NCBI GenBank assembly: GCA_030141605.1
Contig: JAQGDQ010000389.1
Coordinates: 1-64,000, forward strand
Direction: 5' to 3'
Length of the DNA: 64,000 bases
Source of the DNA: Tubiluchus corallicola
Taxonomy: Eukaryota; Animalia; Priapulida
Shown here: positions 42,130 through 54,400 of the stretch, in pieces
Layout of the letters: every line of letters starts with the position of its first letter
Numbering within the stretch: position 1 is the first letter of the stretch
Program-made: the position numbers and the translations under genes
The notes under the pieces: model-generated
The model's database searches: none
What the model saw: only the letters and a program-made list of their open reading frames with translations
What the model was told of the DNA's origin: nothing

Positions 42130-42320
42130 AAGCTGACGTAATGAGACAGTACCTAGAAAACTATTTGATAAAATTTCTTAAATTTTAACACTGCAGATAT
42201 TTACCACACCATTACAAACGGAAGTTTTAATTAGCGCATGCGTACACAAAGCGAAACCAACGTGGCATTACATCCCATAATCCATCCCGATTCAAAACAA
42301 GAAAGCAGTAACCGGAAGTT
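42130..42320. promoter_or_regulatory. Putative housekeeping/secretory-pathway promoter of Sec24, possibly bidirectional
   Basis: Clustered motifs: TGACGTA (about 42134), CGGAAGT (42219-42225), NRF1-like GCGCATGCGT (42234-42243), TGCCACGT on minus (42260-42267), ZNF143-like TTACA-TCCCATAAT (about 42268-42281), ETS CCGGAAGT (42312-42319). Lies upstream of both divergent genes. Confidence 0.5.
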
Positions 42321-45193
42321 GCCACAGGAGCGAGCTAATAAGCGCCAAACTCAGTAAGCTTAGCAGACGATAAACGTATACTCTCAGGAAAATTTACTAC
42401 AAGGTTTCTAGTTGCATAAATTTTTATAACTAATAATGTAAGTTATTATAACGATACCTATCCCAAATCCTGATGGCCTTATCTAAAGGCCACATGGTAG
42501 TAACCCTAAAATTACCCTACTTATTTCATGCATGCTTAAAATCTACCTGGCATCATTGAACAATAAAATAAACGTACGTTGAGTATTACGTCGGCGAAAA
42601 GAAGTGCAAAAGCGAAAATTATTAGCAATGTCAGCTAGTTTGTCTACATCCTAAAGACTTAAAATACAAAATTCAGATACACTGCAATATTTAATTTTAA
42701 ACAGAACTTAAGATGAAAGACTCGGCCAATCAGCACTATAATGATTCTGATTATGATGTTCAATTTTGTGGCTTACATGTTCCAATTATTGTGGACCACG
42801 ATAATTGCTAAAGAAAAAGATAGACAAAACATTATGTAACAAGTAGTTTAAGTGGCATAAAGTTATTGACTACTAGTCTACCCGTGTGCTGGTCAGCTCT
42901 TGCTGCTTGATCATCCAAGCCAGGGCATGTTCTGTTTGTAACTCTTAGAGGACATACGTAAACGTCGGTATGTTCGCATTTGTACTTAGACTAGGATGCA
43001 CAGTGCAGGCATGTTTTGTTCTAATTTTGTTGAATGCAAACTCGCGAAAAATATCAATAGTGGCGCTGGGAAGAGAATTTAGGCTGTCTGACACCACCTT
43101 GTTCCATCTCTCTGTCTCTCTCTTTCTCTTGTCATTTTTGAAACATTAGCACTAGACACTGTAAGAGATATAATCTTTTACAACCGGATTTTACTATTCA
43201 TTTTATGTAATTATGAAAATTCCTGGAAAATTGTTAATTTTGTGCACAGTATCATTCTAAAATAATCAAAAAGACGTTACTTTTTACTGTATCAGTAATC
43301 TTAAGTCCAAACAACTAGAATAGCAAACAATGCAAAACTGTGAATGACCCACTTTATAATACCACATTATTTTATCAATTTTTTTAGCTCTATACGTACG
43401 TTAGTTATCCACAATTGAGCTCGTTAAAGCACAAGAAACCCTTCACTTACATAAAGCTTAAGAAATTCCTCCTGAAATTTTATACCACTTACATGCTGCC
43501 TTTTTGTATGTTAGAGCTGCGTCGGCAATAACGCTGTATAAAGCATGTAAATTCAAACTCCCGCGATGACTCCCGCGAATATTGTTAATAATATTGTTGT
43601 TTTTAAAAACTATTTTTAATAAAAAGTTTCTAGTGTGAAAATTTAAAATAAAAAATTCTTAAAATCTTCTTCTTTAATTTGCCATCATGGTAATGTCATT
43701 CAGTTAATAATCAGCGTTAATAATCAATAATGAAAGCAACAACTCAGTTATGTAACTTATTGGAGCTTAAAACATTGAGCTGTATATTTCGACAGGCTTG
43801 TTTTTCGTGGTTTTGTAGTTTTACAATTATGCTTATTTTTCTACTGTATTATGCTTATAGGATAATTAATTGTGTGCTGTACAGTGTAATGTGTCAATAT
43901 TATCATTATTTTTGTTCAGCTTTGTGAATATATGACAGTGTGTTATGTGGGCAAAAAATCAATATTATGCTTTTTTGTACTGAAATACATGCCTATTTTT
44001 GTACGCATTATAGTATGATGATTATGTGCTGTACAATGGTCAGTATTATGGTTATTTTTTGTGCTGCATTATGTTTATAATAAATAAATAAATAAATATA
44101 GCACATCACAAGCAAGTAAGAAGTTTCCTGACCATAGGTACATTAAGTACATGACATACCTGTAATTAATTTTGGTTATTATGTGGCACTATACATTTAA
44201 ATACCTACATATTATGTCTATGAAAATAAATTTAAATGTCTCTTGTTATACACATACAAATGATGCTACCTTTCACTTGTAATAAGTAAAACTGTTCACG
44301 AAAAGAAGTTACAAAACCAGCTTTCTAATTCTTTTGTAAACAAATGTACTTTTGGTAAAGATTGACAGTGCTCTACTTATCTTCAAGAAGAATGACCTCA
44401 TTGGAAGAAAAAATGGGTTTTGAAAATAGGAGCAGCAAACCATGAGATGATTGCGACTTTAAAATAATTTTACTAATTACACAAAGGCAGTTACAGCAGT
44501 TTTATTACTAAGTCTTACGTCCATGTTTTTTGCAAACTCTGAACATACTTGTCTTTGCTTTTAATGAATTTGGCGGCAAATAAAGTTATAAGTCGAGCAG
44601 ATATTATCATTTTGATGGGTTGAATATTCGAATCTTTCCATTGCGAGTTTTCTGATATATGTTTTGAATTTTGCTAATTTTTCAGTTTACTTAAAACAGG
44701 GATCGCAGGAATGTGCAATGTGCCAGGAATAAACAGGACGTTACAGAGCATTAAACCTTTTGTCTTCATTTCAAATTTGTGGTAAAATCAAAGCTAACTA
44801 TGCAGAAATAATTTTGATGATGTTACTTCATTAAGTGAATGTAGTAGTAAAGGGGTTGGTGAAAGCATCAAGGTTTGCACAGAACTGTCTGGGTTATAGA
44901 AAAATTATGACAGGTGGGGACATGAATGGATGCTGTGAGGATGAATGATGTTTAAACAAGCATTTTGCAAACGATTATCGTTTACCCGCACCAGTAGAGC
45001 GGGGCGTAAAACACCACCGAAATCACAGCGCCCACAATGAAGTCTTCGTGCGAATAAATTGAATTGAATAGAATTGAATTGTGGGAACAAGCAATGTACA
45101 ATTGAATTGTCCAGCTCCAGGTTTCGCACGCATTATTTATTTATTGGTACACCTGAAATAACGTGCTAAAAGTGCATAGTATTTGTTACAAAA

Positions 45194-45338
45194 ATGTTTA
45201 ATGAAACTAGAAGAGAGGTCGTCGCGCATTCTAAATTGCAAGACGCTTTTCAAGCCATTCAAGACCACGAGGAAAAGACAAAATTTCATTATGTGGTTAA
45301 TCAACATCAAAAGCGCTTTAATGATGATGGTGGTATCG
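45194..45338 (+). CDS. CaRF-like gene exon 1 (MFNETRREVVAHSKLQDAFQAIQDHEEKTKFHYVVNQHQKRFNDDGGI)
   Basis: aaaATG start, open frame, G|GTAAGA donor in phase 1 matching the next exon. Confidence 0.65.
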
Positions 45339-46285
45339 GTAAGAGTAATTTTGGCCTAGATTTATGTTGATCTATCAAGGCTGCTTGGGTTTTTCAACTT
45401 GCTTGATATTTGATCATTTACCAAAAGTAATATCTAGTATTTACATCAGCAGATCAATTTAAGAAGAAACTAGACATGTATTGGGAAGACCATCCAATGA
45501 AGCTCCACGATCCGTTCAAGTCTGACTGGAATCTAAACGTTTTTCAAAATCCAATCGTTCTGCAACATTTGAGTTTATTATAAACCGACATATCTGTCAT
45601 GTTTGCCATACTACCACTGATCTTGCTTCCTTACCATACCACGACACCTGTCCGCTGGGTTTCACCTCCACTTGAGAGACAACTTTAGAGAGATAACATA
45701 AGTTTAAAATGCGTGAGAGAAAACGTGTGATAAAATAGGTAACACTTAGTAACCATATAAAAGTGTGGTTGCTATCGACTTTTGCAAGAGCACATTGAAA
45801 TTATGTTCAAATCCAGTAGATGGCTCTTCGTGATTTTGGCTTATCAACAGGAAAAAACATGAAGCAAAATCACTGCTTCTACGAACTACTTTCGGAGTTT
45901 GAAAATACAAGTCTTTAGTAAATTCAATACTAATTTCTAGACAGAAAAATGGGTATATATAAAGGGGTTATAAAATTGAATTTCTTGTATATTTTCGACA
46001 TTTTCTTGATAATTTGACGCTAGAATATAAAAGTCCTAATACACTTAGTGTAAGCATTAATACTAGACCAAAATTAACATTAGACCAAAATTTTGGTGCT
46101 GTCTACTTTGAAGCATCAAAATGTAATTTTAACTATACCGACTTATGGATGGTTTTGGTTTGCAAAGTGCATACATTTTGGTTATTATTACCTATTATTT
46201 TGTCCGAAAGATATAATAAACTATATGCATTATGAAAATGTTTTCAGAATTCTGTAAAACAGACATTCGGGGGCCTATATATATA

Positions 46286-46752
46286 TAAACTGCATATGAT
46301 ATGAAAAACTACTACGACATGATATGAAACTGCATATGATGTGAAAAACTACTATGACATGATATGAAACTGCATATGATATGAAAAACTACTATGACAT
46401 GATATGAAACTGCATATGATGTGAAAAACTACTATGACATGATATGAAACTGCATATGATATGAAAAACTACTATGACATGATATGAAACTGCATATGAT
46501 ATGAAAAACTACTATGACATGATATGAAACTGCATATATATGATATGAAAAACTACTATGACATGATATGAAACTGCATATGATGTGAAAAACTACTATG
46601 ACATGATATGAAACTGCATATGATGTGAAAAACTACCATGACATGATATGAAACTGCATATGATGTGAAAAACTACCATGACATGATATGAAACTGCATA
46701 TGATGTGAAAAACTACTATGACATGATATGAAACTGCATATGATATGAAAAA
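46286..46752. repeat. 40-bp minisatellite, ~11.5 copies
   Basis: ATGATATGAAACTGCATATGATGTGAAAAACTACTATGAC. Confidence 0.94.
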
Positions 46753-46813
46753 TAAGTAATAATCCGGTGTTGAAAGCTTTGTGAACAACATGTAAGTCTG
46801 ATTTACATTTCAG

Positions 46814-46995
46814 ATGTACCAAATGGAGTGAAAATTCATTGGCAAATTTCGTCCCGGAAAGAAAATCGTTTGCCAATTGAATTTGATGGCATTCCTTTTG
46901 TCTTCTTGGGCAAGAAAACATATGCTTGCCATCATGGCAGAGACAGAGGACTGTCAGTGAAGAAGAAATGGAAAAAAGATAAGGACTGGCGTATG
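46814..46995 (+). CDS. CaRF-like gene exon 2 (DVPNGVKIHW...IEFDGIPFVFLGKKTYACHHGRDR...WRM)
   Basis: tttcAG acceptor, ATG|GTGAGG donor; W...DGIPF...CxxG signature of the CaRF/ALS2CR8 domain. Confidence 0.85.
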
Positions 46996-47343
46996 GTGAG
47001 GCCCAACACTTTTTCTTTCCTATTGCTAAAACTAAATGGCCATAAGTGGGAACGTACAATTAAACTACATATCCGTTTAATTAAAGCAACTTCTAGCCTT
47101 TTACTAAAAGTGTTAATACCATTTTAAGCAATAGCATCACTATGTGAACAACTAACAGAATTTAGTGGAACAAAATTTAGAGAAGATTCATAACAATGAG
47201 CCTTTTCATAGTTCCAGTGATTGAAGATGATCATTTTACATGTTTAACAATGAATAACAGATGATTATTATACATGCTTTTGCTTTTCGACCGCTTGCAG
47301 TTTAAATCACAGTTCAAGATGGTAAATTTTACTTTGTTTTCAG

Positions 47344-47454
47344 AGAAAAGAAAACGTGTTTATAAAGAGTCGGCTTCTGAAACAACCTACAAAAAAGATG
47401 GGCTGCCCGGCTTTGATAGAAATTAAGAAGCTCGTTAAATTCCCAGAATTTAAG
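47344..47454 (+). CDS. CaRF-like gene exon 3 (RKENVFIKSRLLKQPTKKMGCPALIEIKKLVKFPEFK)
   Basis: ttttcAG acceptor, AAG|GTGACC donor, 111 nt; matches the CaRF CPAxIxIKKxxKFPEY/F motif. Confidence 0.85.
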
Positions 47455-47906
47455 GTGACCGGAATGTGTGTTACTGCAGTATTTCATCTTGCCTAAGGGT
47501 AGTAGTTTGCATGGTAGCCTAATCAGAATTGCTGTGAATATTATCTTTCTTTTCATTGTTGTGAATATTGTCTTTCTTTTCTGGATTAGTAAGAAAATGG
47601 GTGAACTTTAACTGAAACTTGCTTTATACATTTGTGTCTAAAATGTGTTTGGTTTTTTATGAAACCACACAAGACAGCAAGAAATATTTACCGCATAAAT
47701 ATATACAGTAAACTACGTGTACCTCGAACATCTCGGGACCAGAAAATTTGTTCATGTTATGCGAGAGAATGAGTTAGAAGATGTTCGTAAGAGAACAAGA
47801 TTGAGTCACTCATCAATGTCGGACAATGCATTAGAAAAACTACAGTCTATGAAAGTGATAACCCCGAGACTTGAATCAAAATATCAAACAACAATTTTGA
47901 TGAATA

Positions 47907-48830
47907 CCGTATATACTCGCATATAAGCCGAATTTAGAACTATAAAATACAATACTGAAATCAGGGGGTCGACTTATATGCGCATGAAACAAAATGAACA
48001 CAAGGACAGACACTAATGCCAATTTTCCAGCCACACATTTTCATCGCTATCTGACTCTTTATTTGGTTGTGTGTCACCGGTGGTGTATTGGAGGGGGATC
48101 GTGGGGGATCGCCGTCCACCCACTTTTTTTTTAGAAAAAATTCACATTTCAATAAATGTCTGCTTTTTGTATTCATTAGATAAAAAATATTAAAAATGTA
48201 TACAGGTTTAATATTAAATCTACTTTTTTTCATTTTTTCAAAAAACGGTTTTAAATAGTGTCAATTTCTTTCAAATTTGTGAATGTAAAATGGTAAGTCT
48301 TGAGACTAGCCGTCCACCTACTTTTTATTTAGCAATACACCACTGTGTGTCACCAGTTGCGAGCCGTAACCAAGCCGACGTCATCAGCCACGTTTTCTGA
48401 ACAGACACTCTATAAGTTTGAGACAAAGACGATGAGGGTGGTAGTGACAATGATTTTGAAGGTTTCTAATTATTTTTAAGAACACTACGTTAAATTATAA
48501 ACAGAAATGTTATAATTTTTTGTGAATAAATAGAAAACAAAATATTTTCTTCTTTATTCATATCAAAATGTATAATTTCTTCTATTTCTTCTAGTATGTA
48601 ACATAAAAGTAAGCATTTTACATCTTTATAGTAAAAAATTTCTATGAACCAAAAATACCCAATTAACAAAATGTGACAAAAAGGGATCAATTTTGTTGAT
48701 TGGGTATGGAGTAAAATTAGACAAGTTGATGGTCGGCTTATATACGGGTTTTTGCAAAAACTGGCCATTTTAAAGCAGTTTTAAGGGGTCGGCTTATATG
48801 CGATGTAGGCTTATATGCGAGTATATACGG
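47907..48830. mobile_element. Tc1/mariner-pogo-type MITE
   Basis: Perfect 23-bp TIR CCGTATATACTCGCATATAAGCC; TA on both sides. Confidence 0.85.
48078..48345. mobile_element. hAT-type MITE nested in the previous element
   Basis: TIR C(G/A)GTGGTGTATTG; 8-bp TSD TGTGTCAC at 48070-48077 and 48346-48353. Confidence 0.85.
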
Positions 48831-49040
48831 TAATCAAAAATAGAATGATTGGTCCACCTCTACTGTAGTCTGAGTAGAATGATCAATAGAATTTGGCAGT
48901 AATAATGTTGTGATCTAGTTATTAAATCATGTTCTTTGAGCCATGTTGTGTGCAGCATTCTGTAAAGGTAACACAAGAAATCTTACTGTATTATATATTT
49001 TAACTGCCACACTTATCTTCAACTGCTATTTCTGTTGCAG

Positions 49041-49187
49041 GTTTGTGATACATCGAGAGCTGCCAAGAATCAGAAGATTAAAAATTTGAAGGATGCGTTG
49101 AAGAGGGATCCTCAACCAAAGATGGATGTAAAGTATATCACCTCAATTCCAGACAAAGATGATCACAAGTATCACCATAATGGTGAG
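49041..49187 (+). CDS. CaRF-like gene exon 4 (VCDTSRAAKNQKIKNLKDALKR...YITSIPDKDDHKYHHNGE)
   Basis: ttgcAG acceptor, GAG|GTAAAA donor, 147 nt; YxxxxPxxxxHxxH motif closing the putative Zn site. Confidence 0.85.
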
Positions 49188-49298
49188 GTAAAATTATTAG
49201 AGTAGAAAAAATCATAACTTTGTCAGAATTGACATTACCAATAAGTGTGTTTTTGTATTACCCCATTTCACATTGCTTTCTAGTAAATAATCTATTAA

Positions 49299-49847
49299 AG
49301 GAAGACCGGACGATTGTTTAGACTCAATCTCATTTTAATTTACTGTGCAAAATATACGTTTTCTTGCCTATAAAAGTTAACAATTGTTCCTTATATTTGA
49401 ATAATTAGCTTAGAAAGTTAATTAATGGCAATGGAACGCAGCTGTTGTTTATGTCAGCAACTAACCACAGCTTGTGCAATGGCAGGCATCTTCTCTTGCA
49501 TGTCAAGTACATTTACATAGGTGTTACAGTACTGTTTAAACGCATGATGTCACGAAAATGGGCTTTACATCATATGACGTCATGAAACTAACACTGCAGT
49601 TCATGATTAAGGTTATCACGGTACCGCCTTCTATTTGTCGGCCATGCGAATGTGACAAAAAGACGCCATTGCCAATCTTAGTAGATTCACTGAGCTGCAT
49701 GTAGCTTTGAAAGTTTGACGAAATTTGACTATCCGAGGTAATTATTATTTAATCTAAGTTTTGATTTAAAATAATCTATTGTAGTTTTCAATATTTTAGA
49801 GCATTCTTTATTCTGAACTCGTGTTTACACAATCATCCGGTTTTCCT
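49299..49847. mobile_element. TTAA-flanked non-autonomous DNA element (Kolobok-like termini)
   Basis: TTAA|AGGAAGACCGGACGATTGT...ACAATCATCCGGTTTTCCT|TTAA; second copy at 38211-38758, inverted fragment at about 40145-40330. Confidence 0.75.
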
Positions 49848-49997
49848 TTAAACTGCAAATTAGTTTGTCTAGTTTAACACTATTGCCTACAGCAGTCTTT
49901 AACTGGTTATACATACAATATTTTCATGTATTCACATTATCATACCTGTAAATGTGTGTAACTTGTGCAATAAAGATTATATATATTTATATATATA

Positions 49998-50448
49998 TGT
50001 ATCGGATATAAGGGACACCTCGGGACCAGAAAAAAAACTGTCCTTTATATCCGAAGTTAAGACAGACTGAGGGGGTATGTAGACCTGTACTTTTACCTAT
50101 ATTTCTATGGATTATTGCTGCACATTCAGTACAAATGGTATGTAGAAAGCTCCTTCAGTGATTCGAGATGTATGGAAACAGAGCTGTTCGAAGGCCGAGT
50201 TTGAGAAAAGTTGAGGTTAAAAATCGATCAATTTTGCTTTGATCATAGGGTCCTTTATATGTGAGGTAATTTACCTGGGTTTCTGTTACGCGGGACCTGA
50301 AGATATTGTCCCTTATAATAATGTCGAAAATCCCTTATATCCGAGTACCTCATATACGAAGATTTTTACATAGGAAAAACGTTACGAAAAATCAGGACCG
50401 GTGTTGGTGGTCCCGTATAAGCGAGTACCTTATACCCAAGGTTGACTG
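49998..50448. mobile_element. pogo/Tigger-like MITE remnant, left end eroded
   Basis: Ends ...AGGTTGACTG|TA like 12122-12543; repeated TCCnTTATATCCGA subterminal motifs; CTCGGGACCAGAAAA shared with about 47732. Confidence 0.55.
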
Positions 50449-51409
50449 TATATGCATTTGAAGCTTATCATACTGCCCCTGCTATAATGCCAACTTCTTC
50501 TTGTCATAATGCAGAATACATCCAACGTTGCCTATCAACATCCACCAACATACCTGCTGTGTCAAATCTATCTTTTTTAAATCAACCACATTGTAATGAT
50601 AGTAGAAACAATGGCCCTTGTACAAAAAAGCAGCGGTGATATTTAGAGATTTAAGTATTGTGTAGCAAATGACTGTTGGAAAGTGAATATTGAGGCCTTG
50701 AGCAAGCTTGTCACACATGTTTTGAGTGAGACATGAATTGAATAATTATGTTTCAAAACTGAACGAATGTGAATTAAAGACTGTTAAAGCTGCTATTTGT
50801 ACTGCAAGGCTTGGTAGCCCCACTCGCTTTATATAACCTTTTGGCATAATTAAAGTTTTACTAGAATGGCATAACAAATATCAGCAGGCAAAATTCTTGG
50901 CTAAAGAATCTTCTGAATCAGGGTCGTTACAAAACCGGAACTGGGTCCGATTTCCGTCACCGAAATTAGTGGTTTTGGTTTCAGCCAACTTCCGCTAAAA
51001 GTGGTCCAGTAAGCAACAAAAACAACACTTGCTTAAAGCCACATTCATAGAGTTTTTGCCTGAAATGTCAAGCTCAGCTCAGCAAATGCATCGCAGTCAT
51101 TTGTAATAAATCGATGTCGTTGAATTCAGCTACTTACACATTCATGGAAAACCTTCATTGAATTATGTTTGACAAATATTTCGTTCATCAAAAAAACTAA
51201 AAATTTTGTTTCTGTGGGAAACCATTACAGTTCTGGTTCTGGCTACCTAGATCTCCATAACAGCTTTATTCTGATGCAGTGTTACAATGATAACATAAAT
51301 TTAGATAAAAAATTGAAATAAACAACTGGTCCGGGTACTGCCTCAGTGATAAAAAGTGCTGTGCAAACGAAGTAACAAAAGTTTATAAGCAAATCTTGCA
51401 CTTTGTATT

Positions 51410-54400
51410 GTGTGTAATCATGTTTATTTGGTACTTGTTTCTAGATAGAGGGCCTCAGTGAGCCTATCGATCCATTAATTAAGGAAAAAGTGCTAGAACT
51501 GCTAGCCAGTGGTGTGCAATCATGTTCATTTGGTACTTGTTTCCAGATAGAGGGCCGCAGTGAGCCTGTGGATCCATTAATTAAGGAAAAAGTGCTAGAA
51601 CTGCTAGCCAGTGGTGTGTAATCATGTTCATTTGGTACTTGTTTCCAGATAGAAGGCCGCAGTGAGCCTATGGATCCATTAATTAAGGAAAAAGTGCTAG
51701 AACTGCTAGCCAGTGGTGTGTAATCATGTTCATTTGGTACTTGTTTCCAGGTAGAGGGCCGCAGTGAGCCTGTCGATCCATTAATTAAGGAAAAAGTGCT
51801 AGAACTGCTAGCCAGTGACGTGTAATCATGTTCATTTGGTACTTGTTTCCAGATAGAGGGCCGCAGGGAGCCTGTCGATCCATTAATTAAGGAAAAAGTG
51901 TATGAACTGCTAGCCAGTGGTGTGTAATCATGTTCATTTGGTACTTGTTTCCAGATAGAGGGCCGCAGGGAGCCTGTCGATCCATTAATTAAGGAAAAAG
52001 TGCTAGAACTGCTAGCCAGTGGTGTGTAATCATGTTCATTTGGTACTTGTTTCCAGATAGAGGGCCGCAGGGAGCCTGTCGATCCATTAATTAAGGAAAA
52101 AGTGTATGAACTGCTAGCCAGTGGTGTGTAATCATGTTCATTTGGTACTTGTTTCCAGATAGAGGGCCACAGTGAGCCTATCGATCCATTAATTAATGAA
52201 AAAGTGCTAGAACTGCTAGCTAGTGGTGTGTAATCATGTTCATTTGGTACTTGTATCCAGATAGAGGGCCACAGTGAGCCTGTCGATCCATTAATTAAGG
52301 AAAAAGTGCTAGAACTGCTAGCCAGTGGTGTGTAATCATGTTCATTTGGTACTTGTTTCCAGATAGAGGGCCGCAGTGAGCCTATGGATCCATTAATTAA
52401 GAAAAAAGTGTTACAACTGCTAGCCAGTGGTGTGTAATCATGTTCATTTGGTATTTGTTTCCAGATAGAGGGCCACAGTGAGCCTATCGATCCATTAGTT
52501 AAGGAAAAAGTGTTAGAACTGCTAGCCAGTGGTGTGTAATCATGTTCATTTGGTCTTTGTTTCCAGATAGAGGGCCGCAGTGAGCCTATGGATCCATTAA
52601 TTAATGAAAAAGTGCTAGAACTGCTAGCCAGTGACGTGTAATCATGTTCATTTGGTACATGTTTCCAGATAGAGGGCCACAGTGAGCCTGTCGATCCATT
52701 AATTAAGGAAAAAGTGCTAGAACTGCTAGCCAGTGGTGTGTAATCATGTTCATTTGGTACTTGTTTCCAGATAGAGGGCTGCAGTGAGCCTGTCAATCCA
52801 TTAATTAAGGAAAAAGTGCTAGAACTGCTAGCCAGTGGTGTGTAATCATGTTCATTTGGTACTTGTTTCCAGGTAGAGGGCCTCAGTGAGCCTGTCGATC
52901 CATTAATTAAGGAAAAAGTGCTAGAACTGCTAGCCAGTGGTGTGTAATCATGTTCATTTTGGTACTTGTTTCCAGATAGAGGGCAACAGTGAGCCTATCC
53001 AGTCCCATTAATTAAGAAAAAAGTGCTAGAACTGCTAGCCAGTGACGTGTAATCATGTTCATTTGGTACTTGTTTCCAGATAGAGGGCTGCAGTGAGCCT
53101 GTCAATCCATTAATTAAGGAAAAAGTGCTAGAACTGCTAGCCAGTGACGTGTAATCATGTTCATTTGGTACTTGTTTCCAGATAGAGGGCCACAGTGAGC
53201 CTATCGATCCATTAATTAAGGAAAAAGTGTTAGAACTGCTAGCCAGTGGTGTGTAATCATGTTCATTTGGTACTTGTTTCCAGATAGAGGGCCGCAGTGA
53301 GCCTATCGATCCATTAATTAAGGAAAAAGTGTTAGAACTGCTAGCCAGTGGTGTGTAATCATGTTCATTTGGTACTTGTTTCCAGATAGAGGGCCGCAGT
53401 GAGCCTGTCGATCCATTAATTAAGGAAAAAGTGTTTGAACTGCTAGTCAGTTGTGTGTAATCATGTTCATTTGGTACTTGTTTCCAGATAGAGGGCCGCA
53501 GTGAGCCTATCGATCCATTAATTAAGGAAAAAGTGCTAGAACTGCTAGCCAGTGGTGTGTAATCATGTTCATTTGGTCTTTGTTTCCAGATAGAGGGCCG
53601 CAGTGAGCCTATGGATCCATTAATTAATGAAAAAGTGCTAGAACTGCTAGCCAGTGACGTGTAATCATGTTCATTTGGTACATGTTTCCAGATAGAGGGC
53701 CACAGTGAGCCTGTCGATCCATTAATTAAGGAAAAAGTGCTAGAACTGCTAGCCAGTGGTGTGTAATCATGTTCATTTGGTACTTGTTTCCAGATAGAGG
53801 GCTGCAGTGAGCCTGTCAATCCATTAATTAAGGAAAAAGTGCTAGAACTGCTAGCCAGTGGTGTGTAATCATGTTCATTTGGTACTTGTTTCCAGGTAGA
53901 GGGCCTCAGTGAGCCTGTCGATCCATTAATTAAGGAAAAAGTGCTAGAACTGCTAGCCAGTGGTGTGTAATCATGTTCATTTGGTACTTGTTTCCAGATA
54001 GAGGGCCGCAGTGAGCCTATGGATCCATTAATTAAGAAAAAAGTGCTAGAACTGCTAGCCAGTGACGTGTAATCATGTTCATTTGGTACTTGTTTCCAGA
54101 TAGAGGGCTGCAGTGAGCCTGTCAATCCATTAATTAAGGAAAAAGTGTTTGAAGTGCTAGCCAGTGGTGTGTAATCATGTTCATTTGGTCTTTGTTTCCA
54201 GATAGAGGGCCGCAGTGAGCCTATCGATCCATTAATTAAGAAAAAAGTGTATGAACTGCTAGCCAGTGACGTGTAATCATGTTCATTTGGTACTTGTTTC
54301 CAGATAGAGGGCCACAGTGAGCCTATCGATCCATTAATTAAGAAAAAAGTGTTAGAACTGCTAGCCAGTGGTGTGTAATCATGTTCATTTGGTCTTTGTT

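Noticed and set aside
51441-54125. 451-aa and 376-aa minus-strand repeat ORFs (PSIWKQVPNEHDY...)
   Set aside because: Antisense shadows of the 102-bp unit, starting at TTG with no ATG; the plus strand explains the unit as splice site plus exon
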